A stretch of DNA of 64,000 bases. It comes from Piromyces finnis finn (Eukaryota > Fungi > Neocallimastigomycota). Below, in pieces: positions 50,660 to 64,000 of this stretch (its first letter is position 1; each line of letters opens with the position of its first letter). A program made the translations under genes and the position numbers. The notes below the pieces were generated by a model. The model was not told the DNA's origin and ran no database searches. It saw only the letters and a program-made list of their open reading frames with translations. The stretch spans positions 434,001 through 498,000 of the forward strand of contig MCFH01000025.1 in the NCBI GenBank assembly GCA_002104945.1, given 5' to 3'.

Positions 50660-53600
50660 TTACTTCTTTTTTCCTTTCTTTCCTTTGGCATCTTTTCCTT
50701 TACCGTCTTTCTTATTTTTTGGATCTTCATCACTTTCAGTAAAGAATGCTATTCTTTTCTTTTGAATTGGTAGTTTATCAAAGAAATTCTATATTTTAAC
50801 GTAGTTTTTTTAGATAGATTTAAATTTTATAAATTATTTATTTTTATTCGTATATGAAAATTACTATTTATTATCAATATTGCTATACTTTATAAAGTTT
50901 ATCATCTTCTTTATTTATTGGTATCATTTCTGCTAGTTGCATTATAAATTCATTTGTATCTAAGGGCTTCATTTTATTCTTTTGATATTCATACATAAAT
51001 ATATATTGAATTAACCAATAAATATGTATTTAATTTAAAATGATTAAAAATTATTATAATTAATTAGATTAAATAATTACTGTAGTTATTCTTTTTTCTG
51101 TGATAACTCTTTCACATAAAGCTTTGATAGCACCTGCTGGGAATTTATCTGTTAATTTTGTTAATAAACTTAAATTAACAAATCTAAAGGTACTCCAGTC
51201 GCCTCCATAATATTTTATATAATGTTTCCATAGTAAATATCTTGTATTATAATCTGGTTTTGGTATCATAATACTTTTCTTGAATAAAGATAACAAACCC
51301 TTGGTATCACAATGTATATATAATTAATTAAAGCTAATAACTTAATAACTCATATATTATTTTACGAAATAAAATAAAAGTAATAATATAAATGGTATAT
51401 ATATATAATTTATAAAGGATATCCCAAGGTTTATGTGATGTTCCAATTAATAAAATTTTTCCTTTTAATTTTTTTGCATATTTAATTAATCCTTTTTTAA
51501 TTCTTTTTGGATCAGATGGATTATCTTTTGGTACCTTTTTTGCAAATACCATTTCTGCTTCATTTATACATATTATAGCAGGTTGACATGCCTCAGCAAC
51601 TTTAAATACCATATGTAACATTTTTGCAACTCCAGCTTTTCCTGGATATTGTCCCATTGTATTTCTTGGTGATAAATTAAAAACTGTAGCAGATGTTTCT
51701 GTAGCAATTGCATTAACATATGCATTTTTACCCACACCTTTTGGACCAAAGAGTAAAACAGAATTAATTTTTGGGATTGCATCACTTACAGAATCGAATC
51801 CCAATGGTAAAATACAATATTCTGTTAATATCTAAACATAATGAATTAATCAAACTTTATTATTATTGTGTCGTTTTTAAGAAGATTTTATTATTAAAGT
51901 AAAATTTACCTGATGTAAATCTAATAAACATGGTTCTACTATTTGCTTATCCATTGTATTTTCTAATATATTATAATCGCATACAAAATCCTTCAAATGT
52001 AATTCAACAGGCTATTGTAAATATATTTAAATTGATATTTGAATATTAAATAATGCATATTTAGTATTAATTTTTTTTATATTCATTATTAATTATATAT
52101 GATAATAATACAGATTGGATAATTCCAGCTTGAACCAATTCTTCATATAATGATTCAATTGTTCTACCGGCTGTTAAATCTTTTTCCTTCTTTTTTCCTT
52201 TCTGTTATTTTTTTTATTATAAATATTATATTATATTTAATTACTATATAATAATTATATATATTTTTCACAAATTTCAATATACAGACCTTTCCTTTTT
52301 TACCTTTTTTGCCCTTTTTACCTAATTAATTTATAGGAATTTAAAAAAAGTATTTATACTAAATAAAAATAAAACATACATATTAAATATTATGATAAAA
52401 AGTTACACATTTATTTTACCTTTCTTTCCCTTCTTCTTTTTTCCTTTACCACTTTCCAATGCAAGTTTTAAATTCTTTAATTCCTCTTTTAATATTTCAA
52501 CTACTCTAACTTTAATCTTAGTAATACATATAAATATTGTTAAATATTCTATTTTTTTTCAATATATATAAGAAAACTATAATAATATTTATTTTTGCAT
52601 TACTTCTGATTCAACTTCTTTTCTTTTGTCATTTTTAATAATTTCACTATCATGTTTTTGTTCAAAGTTATTTTTTTCATTTTTATTTTTCCAATCTTGT
52701 TCATATATTTCACAACTTGTATAATTTATATGGTAAAATATATTGATAATTATATATAATAAAGTAAATATTTATGGAATTATTATAATTTACATATATT
52801 GATATTGAAAATTTTATGATAATATTCTATTATTATACCCCGTTTTAATTAATGGTATATATTTTGAATTTTTATCAGTTTTCCATTCTTCTGGATCGAC
52901 TTCTTCCTATAATTTCCCATTAAATATATCATTGATATTTGTTTATTATTAAATTTATTTAAAATCAATATATATAATATGAAAATATATAAAAAAAATT
53001 ATTCCTATTGATATATATTTGAATTTACTTCTGCTTTTTTCCCTTTTTTAGTTTTTTTTGCCCCTGCTGCTTTTTTTGAATCTCCTTGTTCATTTCCTGT
53101 TGAATCAGTACCTCCTGATTGTCCCGCTTCGGATTTGTCTACAGATGTTTCACTTTTCTTTATATCAGCAGTAGATGGGGCTGTAGTACCATCGACTTTA
53201 CCTTCGCTATCACCATTTTTCTTTTTTCCTCCTCCTTTTCCCTTTTTCCCTTTATCATTTTCTTCTGTAGCACTCTCTGTTTCTGGAACTACAATAGTTT
53301 CATTAAACTTATAATCTGGTTGCTGCCAAGTTTTATCAGCAGGAAATTCTGGGAATGTATATAATTATGAAATATAATAAAATATAATAAATTGAAAATA
53401 AAAAAGATATTTTGAAATATAATTTTATTTTTTGTTAAGGTAAAAAAACAAACAAACAAACAAACATAGAATTATATATTATATTATATTTTATATAATG
53501 TTTTTTCATGAATAAAAAGGATATTTTCCAAATACTCTTTTATATTCCATATACCATTGACGGAAATTATCTTGAAATGTTTCTTTCATATCTGAGCCTT

Positions 53601-55356
53601 CAACCTTTTTAATTCTAAAATTAAATAGTAAAATATTTATTATTATCAAATTCTTTTTTTTTTCTATATTTCAAATAATATGAAAATTATAGGAATGAAT
53701 TCACTAACTTTTCTTTAATATCTATTAATGCTTGTTGATAATCTTCTTCATATTGTTTTTGAAGAATCTTTCTCCTTTCTCTATTTTTTTGATCTTTTAT
53801 TATTGGATTTTCATCATTATTTTTTGAATTAAAAGGCATCATTGCTATATATATGTAAAAATTTATAATGATGATTAATGATTATTAAAGATGTTTATTC
53901 TCATTAAAATTCTATAAAAAGTATATATTATTTTTATTAATATATTAATATTTATTTACATAAAAATTGATGGTCCTTGCGTTTAACATTATAATAATTA
54001 TTTCTTCCTAAATATCCTTTATATCTGTTATTATCAAAAATATGTAATATAGAAAAATTTTAAATATATAATTATTATATTAATATATACATTCATGCAT
54101 ATTTATATATTCATATGTTTTAATATATAATTTAAATAAATAGCTATTTATTTACATTTTTTGAATTTTTAGTGCTGCTTCTCCAACATCCATTTCATCC
54201 ATATTATTTTCCATTTCTTCTTCTCTTTTTGCTTGTTTTCTTTATTAATATTAAAAATTATATATTTAATGATATATATAATAACATTTTATTTAAATAT
54301 AAATACTAATGAGGATTACTTTAAATCATCCATGTATTTTGCTCTAATGTATCCTTGTCTTCCTCTTTCATTAATTTGTAATATTTTAATTGCATCAATT
54401 AATGATAAATCCATAAAATATTGTGTACTTTTATCGATATCTAAAGATTTTGCATTACATGCGGTCTATTATAATATAATTATTTAATTTTAATATTTTA
54501 CTTTATCTTTTCGTATATATAATATATAGAAAGTAAAAATATATTTCAATTTTTATATATATATATATACAATTTTATTTACATACTAAAATTGATTTAT
54601 TAATTTCTAATTGTTTTTCTCTATCTTCCAAAAAAAATTTAGGTACTGGGATTATGAGATCTTCTGGAATAAGTTTTAAATCTAATAATATATCACTTAA
54701 AACAAAAAAATCCGAACTTTCCAATTCAACCATTTTCTTTTAAAATTTTAGTTAAATATAAAGTTAATATATAAAAGAGAATCAATTATTAATTCTAGAA
54801 ATTGTTTATATTCATATATAAATTCAATATATTACATGTTTTGCTTCAAGTAATCTACCAATTACGGCTAATAAAATTTCTCTTATTACTCTACGTTTTT
54901 GTGGTTGTAATATTTGGTCATAGGTTTGCTATAAAGATCGTTGATTAAAAAAAAAAAAGATATATATTAATTAATAATTAATATATTATAAATATAATTT
55001 TTTTATATATTATCATTATTTATATGAATGAATGAATGAGATGTGTAATGTATATTTCATAATTAGTATTTTGATAATAACCTCGATTTTTTTATATATT
55101 TGTATATATTTAACATAAATTGTTGCTATATGTTGAAAAGAACTGGCCTTATCTTTAGGCATTAAAGCGGTATCTTGGGGACTTTCATATTCCAATTGTT
55201 GTCGGAGGTCATCATTAACCTCATTCCAATATCTAATATATGTACTTTTGGCCACAATATAAATTATAATTGAAAAGTGTATATTTAGAATTAATAATTT
55301 TTTTTGTTAATATATATATATATAAATATTAATATTCTATCATACGCGTTTGACAT
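50660..55356 (-). CDS. IQCA1: IQ and AAA domain-containing protein 1 (dynein regulatory complex subunit DRC11)
   Basis: MSNATYIRYW, FQHIATIYVKYIQIY, YDQILQPQKRRVI, NERGRQG, IQ motif KIQKIYKGYLGR, FRQWY..FGKFPEFP, AAA core GPKGVGK...KYPGKAG...IPKPDY; two of its introns are AT-AC. Confidence 0.93.
51314..51422 (-). other. U12-type AT-AC intron in IQCA1 (109 nt)
   Basis: 5' end ATATCCTTTA, 3' end TATATAC; removal gives KPW-D-CDTKGLLSLFKKSIMIPKPDY with no indel against the IQCA1 family. Confidence 0.88.
53357..53524 (-). other. U12-type AT-AC intron in IQCA1 (168 nt)
   Basis: 5' end ATATCCTTTT, internal ACCTTAAC, 3' end TATATAC; removal gives RVFG-K-FPEFP. Confidence 0.9.
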
Positions 55357-56321
55357 TTCGAGTCTCTATTATATTTTTGTCGATTTCGGTATATTATTAT
55401 TTTAATAGAATAAATAAAAACGGTAATATATCAATCTGTATGTATAATAATTATTTTTCTAATATAGAATAAAATATATATATTATTATGTTATAGAGTG
55501 TATCAATTTTTTTAAAGTCATATGCTAATAAAAATATGTAATTGTTTATATGATTTTTATTGACATTATCGTTCTTGTTGTAAAGGTAAATTATAAAATG
55601 TTATAATAATTACAATTAATAAACTGTATAATATATACTTTTTTTTAAAAAATAACTAAAAGCTAAAAAATCTTTATTTAAAAAACTTTAATATTTTAAA
55701 ATCAACAATTTATTAATGTTTAGATTTCTATTCTTAAAAAAGTTATTTTTTTTTCAAAATTTTGTTATTAATTAGTGTTTTAATCGTTATTACATGAACT
55801 TTTTTTTTTAATTTGAATTTTTTATAAAATAAATTGTGTAACAATAAAAATTATCCACTTTTTTTTCTTTGGATTAATTATATTTTTATCCTTTGACATT
55901 CAATTAAGATGGATGAATCACACGGTATATTCATTCCTCATTCATTATTTAAAAAATATAGAAACAAATATAAAATCAATATAATAATACTATAATATAT
56001 CATATTTTAAATATTAATAAGAATATCGTTTAATACCTTTAACCTTCCTTTATTTAATATGTTATAATTCGAAATCTGAAAATTTTTAATTGCATCAATT
56101 GCAATATATTATATATTAGTTAATAAAAAAACAAAACTTCAAGGTATTTATATAATTTTATTTTTAAATAACATAAAATAACAACGGAGATTTAAGAAAA
56201 TAAGAAATTATTATACTTGTCTAATTATTTAATTAATTTAAAATTTAAATAATATTATATACTTTTGAAATTCCTTTTAAAAATTTAAACTTAAAAAAAA
56301 AAAAAAAAAAAAGAAGAAAAT

Positions 56322-56707
56322 ATGAAGGTAGATCAATTAATATTTCCTTTTTTTTCAGTAAAGGAGGGACAAGTAGATTTATTCAAAGGAATTGACATTT
56401 TAAATGAAGTAAGTATTACATATATTTAAATGTGTTATTAATAATTTTAAACCAATTTTAAATTATTTATATGAAATTATATTTGTAGTCTTTATCAACT
56501 TTTTTTAGCAAATATAAAGATAACAACATTGAAGTGATATTAATAGAAAATGATAATAATGTCATGGAAAAGATTAAAGAGGTAATATAATAAAAGTATT
56601 ATCTTTAATATCTTTGTTAAAGGTATAATTATTTATTAATAAAAAAAATTCAAATTTCATTCTTTTTTTTTTAAAGAAATGCACAATAAAGGATTCAAGG
56701 TATAATA

Positions 56708-56749
<42 letters not shown>

Positions 56750-57202
56750 TAAACTTGCCAATTTCACGTACATTTAAATTCTAATAAATTGGTTATCCTA
56801 TTAGATTTAAAATTATTAATTCAGAAATTAAGGATTATATATCCAAAATTGATTCAAATAGTGTCAATTTCAGATACATTGCTTCAGAAATCTCATGGAG
56901 ATTTAAAATGAGTAAATGTTTATAAAAATTATATTTTTATATCTCTTTTTAATGTATAATATAGTAAGTCTGCTATTTGTATTAATGGTTATATATCTAA
57001 TTTCTTAATTGATATAAAAAGGTTGTACGACATACTCACAAAGCATTCAAAAATTAATTGGAGTAGAGTTAATAAATAAAGTTAAAGAACAATATAAAAC
57101 AGCAATTCTAAATAAATGCTATATTGTTGATATGCCAAAGAATTCTTCTTTATATACAACAAATAAAATTAAAAAAGTAATAATAATGATATATATAAGC
57201 AT

Positions 57203-57260
<58 letters not shown>

Positions 57261-57297
57261 TCTACTTAAAATATATTAACTTTTTATCATAAAAATG

Positions 57298-57332
<35 letters not shown>

Positions 57333-58509
57333 TAAATAAATAGGTAATATTAATTAATACACCAAATACAAATCCGGAAAGACCAAATCAAATACCTGAA
57401 GATCAAGCATTAATGGAATTAAAAAACTCATTTGGAAGTCTTTTAAAAGAATTTGAAAATATTTTAAATAGTAGTAAATTCTTAAATTTATTTAAAAATC
57501 CAAATGTAAAATCAGATAATTCAAACCAAAAGTCCAAAGCTAAAGTTAATAATTGTAATGACTATATATAATTTTTATTTATTATGTATTATGCATTTTA
57601 ATATATTAAATATAAAAACATTAAATAAATATATTTATCAGATTCATCCTGGAACGATGCTTTATTATTATATATCAAACATCCAGAACAATATAAAGAA
57701 TATATTTTTCGTTCAGAAGATAAATTTCTTGTTGTTCATGATAAATTTCCAAAGGTATTTAAATTAAATTAATATATATATAAATATATATAATAATTAT
57801 TATTATTTTAAATGACTATATGATATTTAATCTATATATTATATATGTCATCTTTATAATAACACTTATAATATGTATAGTCAAAAATTCATTTGTTAAT
57901 CATTCCAAAAGAAGAAATAAAAAGTATATATTATTTAAATAAAAGTCATATTTCTTTAGTAAATGAAATGGTTGATCTTTCAAAAGAAATAATTAACGAG
58001 TAATAAATTTATTCAAACATATACAATAATAATAATTTTAAAAATAATATTAATAAAGTAATTAAATAACTATTTATTTATAATTATTAAAGATTAAAAA
58101 AGAAGTATGGCGAATTGGATTTTCAAGTTGGTTTTCATGCAATACCCAGTATGAATCAGGTTCATATGCATGTTATTACAGGAGATTTTATTTCTCCATC
58201 ACTTAAGAATAAAAAACATTGGAATTCCTTTACAACCGAATTTTTTTTAAAGCCATCCTTTATTATTAAACAATTAGAAAATTATGGTTCTATTAAGGTA
58301 TGTACATTTAATTATGTATAAAAATAAAGTGATATTTTATTTTATCATTATAATTAAAATACTAAATATAAAATTATAAAAATTTAAAGATCGATAAACA
58401 ACACTATGAAACTATATTAAAGAGGCCTTTGAAATGTCATAAATGTAATCAGGAAATGAAGAATATGCCTACTCTTAAAAGTCATCTAAGCACTCATATT
58501 TCTAATTAA
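56322..58509 (+). CDS. APTX: Aprataxin (HIT + C2H2 zinc finger) with N-terminal macrodomain-like region
   Basis: [81 protein letters not shown]; about 11 GT-AG exons. Confidence 0.9.
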
Positions 58510-59081
58510 TTTTATTAAATATAAATTATATTAGAATAAAAAAAAAAATAGAAATATGGAAAATAAAATATAGAATAAAATTTTAAAAAATAACACTATT
58601 TTAAATTTTATTTATTTAAAATTATAGTATTAAAAATATATATATAATTAAAGTTGCTAATATTCTAAATTATTCTAAATATGTAGTATATTTAAAGTTT
58701 TTTTTTTATAGTTTTTAATATTAACTATTAATAAAAAAAATACATATTTATATTGAAATAAAAACTTTGATAATTGAAATATATATATTTTACACATTTG
58801 TATTATCAAATATTATCAAATAAAATTTAAGATTAAAATTTTTATTTTCTTATTTTATTTTTTATTTTATTTTATTTTATTTTTTTTTTTAAATTAAGTG
58901 TGTGCGATAATCTTTAAAAACCGAAAATTTTTAATTATATAATAATCCATGTTTTAATAAATTATCAGTGATTAATAATTGATTAAAAGGTTAATAAAGG
59001 CGATCACAATAGAAATAATACGCAAACTTGGAATTCAATTAATAACTATCACTTTGTTTAAATAACTAAAAAATTTTAAAA

Positions 59082-62054
<2,973 letters not shown>

Positions 62055-62601
62055 ATATAAGCTGCTCTATAATAAATTAGCATATTTTTATTTAATTAAT
62101 ATTATTTTATAATAATATATATGATAATCATGTGATATTCACATATATTGTTATTTCTATACATAAATTTATATAATAAATTCCATTTTTAATATATAAC
62201 TCCGAAAATTGTTACATTTAAAACTTTTATATTTTTTATCTCAATAATTAAAATAAAATAAATAAAATTTCAAATTTTAAATATTAATAAATTGGAAAAT
62301 TAAAATTATTATTTTAATAAAAATTGTTTTTCTTTTCATTTTTTTTTTGTGTTTCTAATTAAATTATATAGATAGAGAATTTTTTTTTTCTGCTTTATAA
62401 GAAAAAGGGTGAAATTAAAAAAAATAAAAGAAATTAAAACAAAGTTCAAATAATAGATAACTACATTATAGAAAAATCAATTTTAATATAAATTAAAATA
62501 TATAAAAGAAAAAGAGCAAAGAAATATATAAAAGAAAAAAGAAATAAAGTAAATTTTTTTTTTTTTAATTTTTTAAGATTAATTATATTTGAAATAAAAA
62601 T

Positions 62602-64000
62602 ATGTCTGAACAAGATAGATCAAATGAGGCTTTAAATGCACCTTCACCAGAAACAGAAGATATCAATGCACCTATTGAAAATAATGAAGAACAAGAAGGA
62701 AATGGTGAACAAGATTTAAATAATAATAATGAGAATGAAAAAGAAGAAAAATCATCTGATGATGATAAATCAAAAGATGAAACAGCTGCAGAAAATGGAG
62801 AAGGAAATGAAGAAAAAACAGAAAATAGTGAAGGAAATACAGAAAATACATTAGGAAAAGAAGAAAAAACTGAAGCTTCTCCTGTAGAGCCAAAACCAGT
62901 TGAAGAAACTGTTAAAAAGGTTACTTTTTCAATTCCAAAAGATTGTGTATTAACAGAAACAGAAGAATTATTAGTTGCAAAAACATTTTTAATGAAGAAT
63001 TCCAAAAAAACAAATACAAATACCTATGATCATATGAGTCAAATAATAATGTCAATTTTAGATTCTAAAATTGAAAATGCAGTTGGTATGATAATTTAAA
63101 ATTAATATAATATTTGAAAAAAAAAAAAAAAAAAAGAAAATAGAAAAATAGAAAAATATTAAAGATTTAAATTTTATCGAATAAATATAAAATTTAAAAT
63201 GATAATTTTTGATAAAATGTAATGTATTCACTAAAACTATTATTCACAAATATAATTAGACATATTCGAAACATTATCAACACAAGTTAAAAAGAAAAAA
63301 TTTGTTCCAGATTCATTTAATTCATTTGGTGAATTTAGAGTAATTATTATTTAATATACATAAATTTTTAGAATAAACTACATATTTATTTGAAATAATA
63401 AAGGATATGATGACAGAAATAAATTAATTTAAACATTTTATTATTAATGTAATAATTATATAGTATGTAAAAGAAACAAATACAGAACTAGAAGATGCTC
63501 GTGTCAAAATTGAATTATTCCAAGTATATATCAAAATTATCAAAATAGTTTTAATATTAATTTTAACTATAGTTAAAATCATAATAATTAAAAAACTTTT
63601 TTTTTTTTTTTCAAAATAATTATATTATTTAATTTTCATATTATTAATAACAACAATTGAAATATTATTAAAATAAATACAAAAATTTAAAAGAATGAAA
63701 ATGAAGAGGCTCATGCTGATGATGGAAATGAAATTCCAGATTTAATGTCTTTATACAATTTATTCGAATGGGCTGGAGTAAATATAAATTAATATAAATG
63801 ATATAAAATTATATAAATATTTATTTTTTTTTACTAATTTTTAATATAAATATATATAATATTATGGTATTAAATAATTTAAATAATTAATAATAATGAA
63901 AAAAAACAATGCGTAATAGTTGTCATTAGGAAAGGAAGAAACATTTTTAATTAATGCTTCTATGCAAAAATTAATGAATGAAAAAGGATTGAAATCAATG
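62602..64000 (+). CDS. RSPH4: Radial spoke head protein 4/6 homolog (3'-partial)
   Basis: Acidic N-terminus then [61 protein letters not shown], matching the RSPH4A/6A pattern ([45 protein letters not shown].DET). Confidence 0.88.

Noticed and set aside
51690-51760. Degenerate Walker A/B in IQCA1 (GVGKN, INEAE)
   Set aside because: Non-canonical Walker motifs are a general trait of the IQCA1/DRC11 family, not specific to this locus.
55357-56321. RFX X-box motifs upstream of flagellar genes
   Set aside because: Only weak partial matches (e.g. GTTATTACATGAAC); none shared among NME5, IQCA1 and RSPH4 upstream regions.

Overview
Extremely AT-rich, intron-dense eukaryotic DNA. Fungal-type housekeeping genes together with motile-flagellum genes point to a zoosporic fungus, most likely an anaerobic gut fungus (Neocallimastigomycota; inference). 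I resolved 16 spliced host genes by hand-tracing exons: RPS4 (partial), exosome MTR3, NME5/RSP23, a cAMP-receptor-like GPCR, SCFD2, an LPCAT-like acyltransferase, V-ATPase subunit a, DHFR, ARL2, ERH, MFAP1, IQCA1/DRC11, aprataxin, WASP and RSPH4/6 (partial), plus the LINE ORF. The accessory part is 1.5-10.1 kb, just downstream of RPS4. It holds an intact single-ORF APE-RT-CCHC LINE (1500-7216) that inserted into an ultra-short copy of its own 3' end, giving nested target-site duplications. A four-part chimeric insertion with its own TSD and older relics follow it. The LINE 5' end is a duplicated 124-nt, hairpin-rich module. Best non-obvious signals: two AT-AC introns with perfect U12 5' splice sites in IQCA1, implying a minor spliceosome; the self-targeting LINE nest; and an aprataxin fused to a degenerate, plant-like macrodomain. 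Gene models are manual and untested against RNA data; homology statements rest on recalled family motifs, not on searches.
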